Shown piece by piece: positions 23,678-36,994 of a DNA stretch of 64,000 nt. Made by a program: the position numbers and the translations under genes. Below the pieces are notes generated by a model, which was given only the letters and a program-made list of their open reading frames with translations, was not told the origin of the DNA and made no database searches. Source of the stretch: Chromera velia (lineage: Eukaryota); NCBI GenBank assembly GCA_018398765.1, contig JAHBMJ010000101.1, positions 1 to 64,000 of the forward strand. The letters are read 5' to 3'. How positions within the stretch are numbered: position 1 is the first letter of the stretch; every line of letters begins with the position of its first letter.

Positions 23678-26124
23678 ATTAATTGAAGGGACTCATACGT
23701 GTGTGTATGCATAAATTCATGATGAAATGATACAGGGGAGTGGGAATGGAACCGCGTGTAAGGCTAGACAGCGCACACACCGGAGGGAAACCACCAGCAC
23801 AATCGACGGACGGATAGACACACAAAAAAGCAGAAGACGGACAGACAGACAAACAATACAGTAAGAAGCATGGATCAGTCTGTCTACCATTGCTTCTCTT
23901 CCTCTGTTACGTTTGCAATTGCGCTCTCTGTGTATTCTTTGTATGCACAGCAGCTTTGAAAGGATGCATGGTTTCTCCTTTCCTGCAGTACACAGGTCCC
24001 ACCTACTTTTTTCGTGGGTACTCTCCGTCCACAACATGCGGCCTTCCTTCCTTCCTTCCTTCCTTCCTTCCTTCCGTTTTCCTCTTTTCGGTCGTTGCTT
24101 CTGATCTGCTCTGGCCACATGCATACAGTGATTCTTTCCCTTCTACCTACCTTCTGCTTCAATGCTGTCTCTGCAGGACCCCGGACAACATTAGACGAAG
24201 GGCCGGCTGGCAGGCTTGGAGGGGAACTGAAGGAAAAGAAAAAGAAGGGTGATTCCTTTCCAGGAAGGAAGCTTGTGCGGACTCGTCCGTCTGTCCTTCC
24301 GTCCTTCTTTCCTGCCTGGCTTCTGGCTTTCATTCTCGTTTCTCTCCTTCCTCCCTTGCCTGCTTGCTTGATGGATTGATTGATTCGCTTCTGGTTGTTT
24401 CTGTGTGACGACACTTCACAGGTGGACTTGGGGGGGGTTGATTTAGACATGCACGGGTGTCGTTTTATCGGGAAAGGGAAAAAGAGCTATGTGTCTGTGT
24501 GTTTACAGCAAAGAAGTAGATCCATCAACCAACGTTGCTCGCCTTCTCTGTCTGATCGGTCCCTCTCCTTTTCCCTTCTGGCATCCTTCCTACTTTTCTT
24601 TTCCATTATCGTGCGTTATTTTTGTCTCCTGCCTCCAATTTAGTCCTCGTTCGACCCTTTGCTTTCTTCTGGTGGGGCTGCAGCATTCGAGAAAGGGGGG
24701 AAAAAAGGATTGGAAGACGGAGGGAGGGTTGAGTGGATTTTCCCTTTCTCTGCCTCTCCTTTGTCTCATTGTACGATGGCAGTTCAAGCATGTGAAGAGA
24801 CACATACGCAGAGAGATGGACAGAGTGGCGGTCAGAAGAGAAAGGAGGGGTGGGCGATTTGGTCGTCGCGATTTTATGAAGGCGCCTCCGTTGCAAGACA
24901 CTAATACTGTCCTTGTGCGCGCAATAAGAGAGAAAGCAAGGAAATGTGGGGTACATGAGTGAGGGAAAGGGAACGGGAAAGAGGGGGTGAATAAGCGTTT
25001 GCATGAAAAAAGTGGGAGTGGGGAGTGAGCTAAGAAGAGAGGATCTGTCTCAATCTCTCTTGTCTGGTTTTTCTTTCGTTCTTTTCCTTTCTCTCTGTGT
25101 GTATGTTTGTTTGAGAAGAGAGAAAGAGCCAGGAAGATTCTGAGAGATGTATAGGCAGGGGCAGGCTTCACTATTTAAACCCGTGGGTGTGTGTGTGCAT
25201 GTGCGATGTGTGAGTACGATATCATGTGTGCGTGCGTACGGCCCTTTCTGAATAGTCGACAAATTGACGTGCATGCATTACATGATTGATTCGGAATCCT
25301 TCGATCTACTTTTTGTTTATTCGATCGACAACCTTTGACCAACAGGTCTTCTAGCTCTCCTCTCTCCCCCCGGTTGTATTCACACACACGACTATTTGTG
25401 GATTCGTGAGCAAATTAATGAGGAAAATATCAGAGAGACAGTCAGATTTACCAACAAACAGACAGACGAGAAAGACAGAACAGCTAGAGAAACGGAGAGA
25501 CAGCTAGAAAGATCAAAACTTGACGTATCACTGCACGATCCATTTGGTTTTGCCTTTTGTTTACCCTGCTTTAAGCACAATAAAGTGCTCTCCCTCTGTC
25601 TCTCTTCTTCCTCGGTCTTGAAGAAAGGCATGCCCATGCCTTTTCTAAACACAGGCACGCACCTTTGATCGAACAACGCACACGCAACTCAAATTACTAG
25701 AAAAGTACCCGATCACCGTGATGGCACTGTGATGCCCCCATCACGGTTTGTTTCCTGCATGAACACAGGCATACATATCGCTGCACACAATCAAATTAAG
25801 TTATAAAGGTTTTCACAGTGAAAAACTATGTTGAAAACTAAGTTTAAAAACTATAAAGCACTCTACTGGGGACTCTAGTATTGAGCATCATGACTAGACC
25901 TGGATTCTAGATATATATATTTCTATCATATCATTCAATTCAAGTCATATATATTTTCTGGGGGGGCATTGACTTAAAGTTTGTTCCTAGCATCTGGCCT
26001 ATACGTCTTTCGTCTCTTCCTTCTGTCCTGGTTACTGCTCTCACTGCTAGCTCTCTCTCTCATGCGACCTCATACTTGACGCTCCTCCGTCTGAATGCCT
26101 TCTTCGGCATTTGCTAAGTACTTC

Positions 26125-26301
<177 letters not shown>

Positions 26302-26424
26302 CTATATATATTTTCTGAACTAAAATATAATATATAAATATATAAAAAAATATATTACCTCATCTGTGTCTACTACCTAGCATACTACCCATCATAAATT
26401 GTTTTGATAACTTCGATTGACAAG

Positions 26425-26457
<33 letters not shown>

Positions 26458-27109
26458 TTGAAATTTAGTACATATATTTATATAAAATCCAGGCCTAGCA
26501 CTAGGCCTAGCATCATGAGTATGATATTAAATGATAACATTGATAAGTGATAAGTGATTTATTAGTGCTTGAATAATACTGTTGCGTATGAGTAACATTA
26601 AGAGTGATACTAGTTCATAAGAAGTTGTTTGCTAGTTAACCTAAGCCAGGTTGTTTGTTGGGTATACTAGTAGCGCCATGCAGCCTAGCTGGCCTTATCA
26701 TTTTTTTACTATTTTAATTTTTAGCCAGCACCAGGCCTAGGCATATCACAGCAAAAAAAAAAACCTAAACCACAATTGGCTTAAATTATTATTTTTTTTT
26801 TTTTTTGCACAACACCTATAAGCAACACTTGTGCAACATAAAAACAACACTTATCAACACTTGAACAACAGTTGTTTGTCACCTAACATTGTCGGGCCAG
26901 AAAAAAAAAAATTAAGCGAGAACGGGCTTAAATTATTTTTTTTTTTTCTCTGTGATAGGCCTAGCACCAGGCCTAGCACCAGGCTTCCCTTGTCAGAGAC
27001 TTTCCTCCATATATGCTTTGTAACTTTATTCTTTATACAAGAAGGCTTTGCTACAGTAACTACCTAAGTCTACCTTTGGTAATTGCTTCCCATGGATTCT
27101 GCATGGTCA

Positions 27110-27630
27110 TGTCAGACCGCGTGGGTCCGAGATCACGGCGGAAGCAGTAGCCGGGCCTGGCGGGGTGACGCACGCTGTGATCCTGGCCGGTGAGCCGGAC
27201 CAGGACATCATTCATGATTGGGATTTATATCGGCACGGCTCTGTGTGGCACGGATGGCAGTACTGCAGGATCGTTGCCAGGCGTGCGTGCAGGAGGGTGT
27301 GTCACGGGAAATTCCTGACCGTTATTCCCGAGCCACCTGATTGATCAGATAGACAGTGAGATGTCTATAGATGTTATATGATTGTGTAGGTCTGTACTGA
27401 CATACCTTTATATGTTCTGTGTGCGATATGTGTCAGGGAGGACTCTAGGGTTACATAGAGTCCTACAGAGTGAGATTATTAGACACTTATTCTCTGAGGA
27501 GCCCGGCTCAGTCTCCGTATCGGTCCTGATAGAGACTGGGCCTTACCTATGAGTGTAGAGGTCACTGGGACCTGACGCTGGTGAGCCAGCCCCACATTTT
27601 GAGAGCGTGCATGTACGTGCTCGTTTTCAC
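27110..27630 (+). repeat. 5' LTR (521 bp)
   Basis: Starts TGTCAGACCGC and ends GTTTTCAC. Colinear with 42960-43480 at a constant offset of 15850, with 33 mismatches by hand count. Confidence 0.95.
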
Positions 27631-27648
27631 TGGTGCCATCTGAGGGAG
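27631..27648 (+). other. Primer-binding site TGGTGCCATCTGAGGGAG (tRNA ending ...GAUGGCACCA, His- or Leu-like)
   Basis: Starts with TGG, complementary to the tRNA CCA end, immediately after the 5' LTR. The tRNA identity is inferred. Confidence 0.7.
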
Positions 27649-30600
27649 CGACGGTTCATTCCGGCGATTACACTCACATTCTCACTCATACACCTTCCCT
27701 TTCACGCGCACGTGTATTCGTGCAGGTTGAGTCTGAGGCTCGCACTCCGATGGAGACTGGCGGAGGTAGAGCGCCTGAGGGCCCCCTACCATTACAACTT
27801 CCTCCCGTCAATGAGTCCACCATATGGATAAGATAGCTCCATGACGTGAGGATTCAAGTCTCCGAGTGGCGAGCGAGATCGGTGGTGAAGTCGTCGAAGG
27901 AGCTGGAGGCGGGGTATCGGGTTGTGAGCCTCGCCACCGCAGAGCTCTCAGCGCTTCGCACCCAGATCAAAATCCCTGGGTACCTCTCTATTATCGAGAC
28001 AAAGAAGCAGCAGATGTACTAATTGGAGGGGGCGGACAGGGAGATCTCTGAGGAGTACCTCAAGGCTTACAATGCCCGACCGTGCTCCATCTTCTCAATC
28101 TGTCTAAACAAATTGACAGAGGAGAGGAAGAAACTCCAGCGCCCTCCGACGGGATTTGGTCTGGGGGGGACCTCCGAGGAGGTTCCTGAGGACGGCGTGT
28201 TGCTGTCTCCACTACGGCCGGCTAAGGCTCCAGAAGCAGCAGCATCGTCATCTTCCTCAAGTGCGCCATTTTCCTTACCCCCTACTGATGCCTTTTCCAC
28301 CTTGGTCCCCTTCTCTGCATCCCAGGAAGCCCTAAAGGCGTATATGAGGTCCCTCCTCTCCGATGCGTTGGGAGGGGGACAGCTTCAGGTAGTTACTATT
28401 CCTAGGTCGGGGGAGGGTCAGACTGTGACCATCACTGTTGATAAGATTGTTGACAGTGTTGCTACAGGGTTGAAAACTGAGAATCTCTCAGAGAACCTGT
28501 CCCTATCCCTCATTTAAAACTTCGGTCAGCAGTTGGGGGCATCGAATCCGAAACTCAATGTCGCCACAGCTGATGGGCAGGTGGTATCCATCAAGCAGGA
28601 GGAAGGGACGGAGTCCGAGGGCAGGGAGAAGGAGAAGGGTCGTTTCAAGGAGGGCGGTGGTGGAGGTGGGGGGGGGAAATCCAAGATAGAAATCCCTTAT
28701 CTCTGATGGGAGGAAATCCTTCAGAGACCCCCCCGTAACATCCTCAAACTGCATGACTATTCATATATCCTGCTGACTAACTACTTTCTCATCTACCTTG
28801 AGAGGGAGGAGAGATTGTTGTGCACATGGTTGGTCCAGCAGGCAGTCATACGGAAGACCTTCAGGACATTCCAGAAGCTCCTCACCTACCTGGATGTCAT
28901 GATAACCACCGTCAACACCTACTGCCTGAATGGCCTCGTCCCCGATGCTATTTGGGGGTGTATGTTGGGGGGCCTCATCCTTGATTCCCTCCTCCACTCC
29001 TGGGGCCAGTACAAGGGGGTGGACGTCAAGTTATACCGTCCTCTGAGGAGGATAGTTGAGGAGTTTGCCAAAACCCCTGAAACAAACTCCCTCATCGCCA
29101 TATCCGGCCCCGTCTTATACTGACTCATGAAAGACTTGGTGGAAATGGCTACCCACATCACGGGGGTAGGCCAACAAAGCCAGAACGTCCTATTCCTTGG
29201 TCTGGCCCACGTGCTCCCAAGGGGGCACTCCCGCTCTCCTGCTCCTGCAGGTCTCAGAAAGCAGGGGAAAACGGGTGGGTCGGGTAGCCCTAGAGGCAGG
29301 AGTGATGGAGATGACCTCCGTCCTTCTAAGCCCACTGACAACTGCCCTCACCGGTGGAAGCGTGAGAACCAGCAGTTTTGGGGGGTAAAAAAGGAAGGGA
29401 GTAAGTACGTCTGTAAAAGGTGTGGCAGGAGTGACGGGGTCACTTCTGCAGGGCACACTCCTGGCCCCTTTTGTCACTGCCCCTACTATGATATGACGTG
29501 TGATGGCTGTGGTTGGTTAGGGCATAAACGCTCTATGTGCCCTGCCAGAGATCATGAGCACAAGCCAGGCCATCAACGCATGGGTGGGGGGGGACGTAGA
29601 GGGGGCCCGGGGGGTCGAGGAGGTGGGTCTGGAGATGGCAGAGGTGGCTCCCCTGGTGGGGGAAGAGGAAACAGCCCAGGGGGAGGCAGAGGAGGAGGAA
29701 GTGGTAGTAACCGATCGTCCTCTCCGGGTCCGAAGACCCCGAGAGGTAACACGCGAGGAGGAGGGGGAGGCCGCAGTCAGGGCCTCCGGCCGGCTTATGG
29801 CGCAGGAGATGGCCGGTTCAATTCCCTGCATGTGCTGGGAATTACCCCGGGGGATAACACGGTTATGTGCCCTCAGGGACCGGTCACCCTCCCCGACTAG
29901 GCTGTTTGCGATTACTTGGACGGTAATAAGGTGAACATCCTGGATGATTCAGGGTTCCCTCATGAGGAGGAGGTGTTTGATCGGCAGGTTCAGCCGACCG
30001 ATGGCGCCTTCTCCCGACATCTGCACGTGGACGTCCCCTGTCTCTTCGGGGGTCTTCTCATTCCCCCTCAGTCGTTCTCCACTTTCGGAGAATTCCTCGA
30101 CGCACATGAGGAAGAGCAGCCAGCTCTCTTCGAGGAAAATGACTAGGGGGAGCAGGTGCATATTGGGGGGGTGGATATCCTTTTTCAGCAGGTCATCCAA
30201 GGCCTCCCACCGTATGCCCTGCGTCAACGTGTAGATGAGGGGGAGAGGGGAGGAAGGCGGGTTAATCGGAGCGTTATCTCAGGTGCATCCCTCACGCGGT
30301 ACGAGGGAGCGCGGTTTGCCTGAGAAAGGCACCAGGCGAGGGGGAGGAATCTTACCAGGAAGGGGGAGGATCAGCAAGTTTGCTTCACTCGCACTGTCCC
30401 AAGTGCTGAGGCAGACTCAGTCATCCGATCCCTCTCCCGATCGACTGCCACCTGTGACGTCAGGGTGGAGTCTGATCCTGGAGACCTCCAACCTCGCAGA
30501 GGCAAGGATCGTATCTACGGGGAGAGTAGGTACGCCTCCGCTATCCCGCAGAGTGACACGATGTGGCCGTACAGGATCAATCCAAGGGTATAGGCGGATC

Positions 30601-32618
30601 CACAGCCTGAGGTCTCTGGTCTCTCTCTGGTTTTACGGCAATATGCTGAGGCTGCCGCCTACCTAGGAGAGGACCAGATGAGACCTCCCAGGGCCCGCTC
30701 CCTATCTGTCTTCAACAGAAGAAGAGAGGGGGTGCGATCTCCTGCCCCTCCGATCACCCCGTTGGGTGAGGAGGGAGTCCCATCTGAGCAGCTTGCTTTC
30801 CGTAGAGGGGAGCATCTCGCCCAAGAGTACTCTGAGGGCGTTTCCTCCCTCATTGAGAGATGGAGGGAGGAGGTCAGAAGGGAAGAGGAGATCCTGGATC
30901 CTGATGTCCTCGGGCCGAGCGTCCAATTGAATGACGTGAGGAGGAGGTTGTTTAATCGGATTAGGAGGGAAGCTCAGCAGCTTAGAAGGAAGCTGCGGAG
31001 GCAGCATAAGAAGGAGCGCTATAAATGAGCTCGGTCGTTGATGGAAAGGAAGGAGGAAAGAAGGAAGAGTAGGGAGGAGAAGGAGGAGCAGCAGATGCAG
31101 ATTGCCCTGCAAAGATCGCTTGAGGACGCTCAGGCGGTGGGGGGGGACAGTATGGCCATGTCCTCCTCCGCTCCACCACCTGCCCCTTCCTCCTCCAGCC
31201 TTCCATGCCCATTAGCGCAGCCATCACAGATTGTTGCGCCTGTTGCTGCCGCTGCTCAGGCCGCCCCTGAATCTGATAACAACGCTCCAACGCCCGTCGC
31301 GTCTGAATCAGGAGATGAGGACGATGATGTCCACCCCTCCCTGGCTGGGGATCTTGTGGAGCCCCCTGGTGGGGATCACTTGATTTACAGGAGCTGGGTA
31401 AATGTCCCTCCTATTTGGGACGGCTACCCAGAAGGACCTCTCGAAAGAACGCAGGCCCAGTTTATGGCTATACATAGGGAGGAGGAAGACAGGGCCATCG
31501 AGGACGTGAGGTCCATGGAAAGGGACCCTGAGTTGCGCAACAGGGTCCGAGATTTCGTCCAGGGAGATGTGGATGTGTCTGATTGGTCAGACCAGCACAC
31601 CTCCCGGATGATTGAGTTGAAGGAAGCCTACCTCCGTCGATGGGGTGGGCCGGGAGAGAGAGTCACGGTTGAGCCGCGCTCCCCCAGTCGTATACGTGCC
31701 CCTATGACGGGTGGAAAGATGCAGGATGGGACCCTGCAGACCAGGGGCCGCCCCTCAGATGGTGATGGCAGGATGCATACGTGGCAGTCGAGCAGGGATC
31801 GACTCGCACGCTCCTCTCCCAGGGTTGAGGTAGCTGCTGCTCAGTCGGGCTTAAACATTTTGATGGGGGGTGGGCCAGTCGGCCAGGCTGGTAAACACGG
31901 TAACTCGGCTGACTCTGAGGGGTCAGGTGGGGAGGAGGACATGGCAGTCTCCTCCGCTCCCGAGACACCTGGATGGCACCCGTCCCCTCTGCAGTTGTGG
32001 GGAGGTGAGGATGCCATTCAGACTGCATCCACCCATGCCTTGCAAGAAGCCTTCCATCATCATCATCAGCAGCAGCAGCAGAGACAGAGTTCTCTTGCCC
32101 ACCCGATCCGGGTCGTCACTGAGAACATGAGGGGGGTGCCTCCGATCCTCCACCCAAATCCACCAGCCTCTCGCAACCTGCGAAGGAGAATTTATGACAA
32201 TGTCATGAATTTCCCTGCCAATTCTACTCAGCTGTCAGCAGAGCTGAAGAGAATGGAGCAGTTGGCTGGACGATTGGGTAGGAGCCTCACTGGTAAGCCC
32301 AAGGACCAAGATGATCCCGAGTCGGATCCAGACGGGGGATTCGGTCAGGTGGGTAAGCGGGAAAGGGTGAGCAGGTGGTCTCGGGACCCACCTCGAGATA
32401 CCGCTGGGCAGCTTCAAGCCCGCGGTCTGGCTAGTGTGGGTAGAGACTACGCGCCAGGCATGCGCCCCGACTTTCCCGTTGTTGCACCAGATGGGACCGT
32501 CATAGAGGGGGAATACGATAGCAATCCAGAGAGGGGGGTGTCGGATCTGAAGGCCTTCTAAAGGGGCTTCCTGAGCCGTATCCGCGGGGTATGTTATCCT
32601 CCCAAGGATGGCAAACCT

Positions 32619-32672
32619 AGGGAGAACACCCAGTTCGCCCTTGTCAGGGAGAACACCCAGTTCGCCCTTGTC
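32619..32672 (+). repeat. 27-bp in-frame tandem duplication (AGGGAGAACACCCAGTTCGCCCTTGTC x2) within the polyprotein
   Basis: Two identical adjacent copies. Confidence 0.95.
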
Positions 32673-34002
32673 CTGAGGGGCAGGGGTGTTGACAGGGTCA
32701 CCCGCACGCGCACGGTGGAAGAGAAGGAGCCAACTGGCTTGGAGCGGAGGGAGTGGGATTACCTCGAGGACCTCAGGGCTAATACCACTCACCGAGTCAT
32801 GCAGGATATGACTATCCGCCCTCACCTCCCCATGTGTGAACTACTGTCCCCTCAGAGGGTGTATGTTGAGGAGGATATCACCCCTCCTGCCAGTAGTTTC
32901 GACCAGCGACGTGGTCGGAACAGGCGGGGCTACCGGGTCGAGTGCCTGAAGGAGCAGGAGTCCTCCACCCTATGGTTTGAGGTGGATTCAGCTTGCTTCT
33001 ACAATCTCATCATCCACGCACTCTTTCAGGCAGCAGATGCAGTGGGGGCGATTGTGTGGAAGTAGAAGCTGGACCCTCCCATATCGATCAAGGGGTATAA
33101 GGACTCCAGAGGAGATGCGGACCTCTGCGTCGGTATGATGTCGGGTTACTGGGACATCAGGGGGAATGGCAGGAATGCAGTGGTCCCTTGTGTAGTTACC
33201 CCCCCTGATCAGAACATCTGTGGAGACCTCCCTGGTCTCTTCACCAATGTTTTGGGGGGGGCAATGTGGATTGCAGAGCATCCCGCCATTCGCCAGTCCC
33301 TTATCCAGGCTGAGGCCGAGACCCGAGCCCTCACAGGACATCAGGGGGCATGGCACATTACCGATGCGACTGACCAGCCCCAGATTCCCTCCTTCGTCTG
33401 GTTGGAGCAGATGCCTAACAAAGGTATACCTTCACACCCTGTTCAGGCACTGATCTAGCAGCCGTGGGGGCAGAATAACACTGAGGACCCCGATGACTCT
33501 CGGTGGCTTGCATCTATTTATAGACGCACCCTCAGCATCATTACAACTGACGGGGATATAGAGAGAGCCAGAGAGGTGACGGAAGAGACTCAGAACGAAA
33601 TCTGTGGAGTCTCTCACCTCCCAGTCATGAGAGTCATTGTGGGGGGCCACCCGCTTGAGGAGAAAACCGGGAAGGTCAGTGAGGCATAACGAATCCTCCC
33701 AGTCCGTCAGGCAGCCCAGGTTCCCCGCCTTAACCATCGTCTAGGTCGGAAGAATGGAGCCAAGTTCACCTACTGGAGAGAGCCTCAGTTTGTGACGGAT
33801 GTGTACATTCTGAGGGCCCTCCATCGACGGTTCGCTTATGCCTTGGGGAGACGGTTTCAGAAGACGCTTGAGCGCCGAGGTGTTCCAGTACAGGAGAAGG
33901 AGGTTGTCGCTATAGAAAGATTGGGGGGGTGCCGTATATATCCTCTCAAGAATGCGACAACCCCTAATCTCCCAGAATCCTCATCCCAGAATCAGGATGG
34001 AG

Positions 34003-36994
34003 TGATTCCTGGGTGGAGGATTAGGATTGACAGCGTCTTCCTCAAGGATGAGGAAGCCACCCGCCTGAGTAGTGGGTTTATCGGGTGGATCGTGCTCATC
34101 TGTATGATGACTCGAGCCTACCTAAACTGGCCCGTTAAGTCCTGGAGGGGGATTGAAGTCATAGAAGCACTTTTCTATTGGGCCCGCTTCTTTGGCTTCC
34201 CTGTCATCATCGTCTGTGACCTCGCAAAGGAGTTCACAGATGGAGTGTTTCCCGCCTTTTGTGTAGGGTGGGAGACGTCGGGCTTTCCTCATCACATTTT
34301 TATTGAGGAGGCCATCCCTTATGTCAAAGGGCAGATGGGACGCACCGAGAGAGCCAACCAAATCTCTTGAGAGGCCCTCGCGGCCTACATGTCCGATCCC
34401 ACGAAGAAGTTCCCCGTGCACGTCTGGCACTTGGTGTGTATGGGGAGCGTGTGGGCGGTCATGTGCGTCTATTCCGTTTCATTGGAGATGACGGCATTTG
34501 AGGCGATGATAGGGTATGAACCTCCGGGGTGGATGTTGGGAGATTTGGCTGTGTTATCCATTCCTGGGTCAGGGATAGACCCCAGAGGGCAGTACGTAAC
34601 TGTCCTCACCCCTCTCTTACATGAGCAATGGGCGGTCATGCACCTCCATCCTCTTGACCGCGTGGAAGTGCAGCCGGGAGTGACATCCCACAGTCATGAG
34701 ATCTGCACTGTCCTGAGGGTACACGTGCAGCAGCTCTCTGTCTGTGAGTTCAATTTCATGTTGTCTTGGTTGACTCCAGAGGAGAGATTCAAGATGACCG
34801 TCCATCGGGACAAGAAAACGGGAAGGGAGAAGAAGACGTTGGAGTTACGGTCCTTTGAAAGGGACTGGGAGAAGTATGGCCCCCTCTTCAGTGGGGGTAG
34901 TGGTCGCGGAAAGAAGCACAGAGCGATTGCAGGGGGGCTTACCCATTTTGCAAGACTGGACAAGGTCCTGCAGGCTCTGCGGTATGTCCCTGAATCGGGG
35001 GTGGGCCCTCCCACAGAAGAGCTAGGCAACGGAGCGGGTAGCCCCACCGCACCCACCCAAGCTCCCGTTCCCCTTTGGCCTACACTCTCATAATATTATG
35101 AAGCTCCCTTCATTCCCGCGTTCCGTCAGCGTATCCAGCAACCGATTGTTGAGGGAGGGGATATTCCTGGAGATTTTCTTCAGCCCGGGGATGTCCTCGA
35201 AAGGAACCCCTCAGATGTTCACAAGGAGGGATCTAACTGGCGACAGATTTACTTGGTCAGTGGAATAGGGGATTCATGGCGGGTTGAACTGGACCGGAAT
35301 CCTGGTCAGGGCACCGTCGTGGAAAGATCCCTCTCTCCCTCCCAACGACGCGGTCCCACCCTGGAGGGTGATCCTCCTGTATCCGGGCCGCCTCCCAGTG
35401 GGGGGGTGGCCCCTCCTCCAGCTTTTGACTCTCCCTCCACTTCACCTGAGAGAAGTGATGAAGAGGAGGTCAGTCGAGGGAACGTGTATAGAGCAAGGGA
35501 TGATTCCTGAGTGGAGGATTGGGATTAACACCGTCTTCCTCAAGGATAAGGAGGCCACCTGCCTAAGTGGTGGGTTTATCGGGTGGATCGTGCTCATCTG
35601 TATGATGACTTGAGCCTACCTGAACTGGCCCGTTAAGTCCCGGAGGGGGGTTGAAGTCATAGAAGCACTTTTCTATTGGGCCTGCTTCTTTGGCTTCCCT
35701 GTCATCATCGTCTGTGACCTCGTGAAGGAGTTCACAGATGGAGTGTTTCCCGCCTTTTGTGCAGGGTGGGAGACATCGGGCCTTCCTCATCACATTTTTA
35801 TTGAAGAGGCCATCCCTTATGTCAAGGGGCAGATGGGACGCACCGAGAGAGCCAACTGAATCTCTTGAGAGGCCCTCGCGGCCTACATGTCCGATCCCAT
35901 AAAGAAGTTCCCCGTGCACGTCTGGCACTTGGTGTGCATGGGGAGCGTATGGGCGGTCATGTGGGTCTACTCCGTTTCATTGGGGATGACGGCATTTGAG
36001 GCGATGACAGGGTATGAACCTCCGGGGTGGATGTTGGGAGACTTGGCTGTGTTGTCCATTCTTAGATCAGGGATGGACCCCAGAGGGCAGTACGTAACTG
36101 TCCTCACCCCTCTCTCACATGAACAATGGGCGGTCATGCACCTCCATCCTCTTGACCGCGTGGAAGTGCAGCCGGGAGTGGCATCCCACGGTCATGAGAT
36201 CTGCACTGTCCTGAGGGTACACGTGCAGCAGCTCTCCGTCTGTGAGTTCAACTTCATGTTGTTTTGGTTGACTTCAGAGGAGAGATTCAAGATGACCGTC
36301 CATCGGGACAAGGAAACAGGAAGGGAGAAGAAGACGTTGGAGTTGCGGTCCTTTGGAAGGGACTGGGAGAAGTATGGCCCCCTCTTTAGTGGGGGTAGTG
36401 GTCGCGGAAAGAAGCACAGAGCGATTGCGGGGGGGCTTACCCATTTTGCAAGACCGGACAAGGTCCTGTAGGCTCTGCGGTATGTCCCTGAATCGGGGGT
36501 AGGCCCTCCTACAGAAGAGCTAGGCAACGGAGCAGGCAGCCTCGCCGCACCTACCCAAGCTCTCGTTCCCCTTTGGTCTACACTCTCATATGAAGCTCCC
36601 TTTATTCCCATATTCCGTCAGCATATCCAGCAACCGATTGTTGAGGAAGCGGATATTCCTGGAGATTTTCTCCAGCCCGGGGGTGTCCTCGAAAGGAACC
36701 CCTCAGATGTTCATAAGGAGGGATCCAACTGGCAACAGATTTACTTGGTCAGTGGAACAGGGGATTCATGGCGGGTTGAACTGGACCGGAATCCTGGTTA
36801 GGGCACCGTCGTAGAAAGATCCCTCTCTCCCTCCCAACGACGCGGTCCCACCCTAGAGGGTGATCCTCCTGTATCTGGGCCGCCTCCCAGTGGGGGGGTG
36901 GCCCCTCCCCCAGCCTTTAACTCTCCCTCCACTTCACCTGAGAGAAGTGATGAAGAGGAGGTCAGTCGAGGGAACGTGTATGGGGCAAGGAATG
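34003..36994 (+). repeat. ~1.5-kb internal tandem duplication of the integrase core and C-terminal region
   Basis: Copy 1 is 34003-35502 and copy 2 is 35501-36994. The offset is 1498, then 1492 after a 6-bp indel near 35092. ORFs 34389 and 35887 are near-identical. Confidence 0.95.

Noticed and set aside
23700..25700. Several short ORFs and exon-like segments
   Set aside because: No coherent spliced model or domain; probably 3' UTR or extra exons of the upstream gene.
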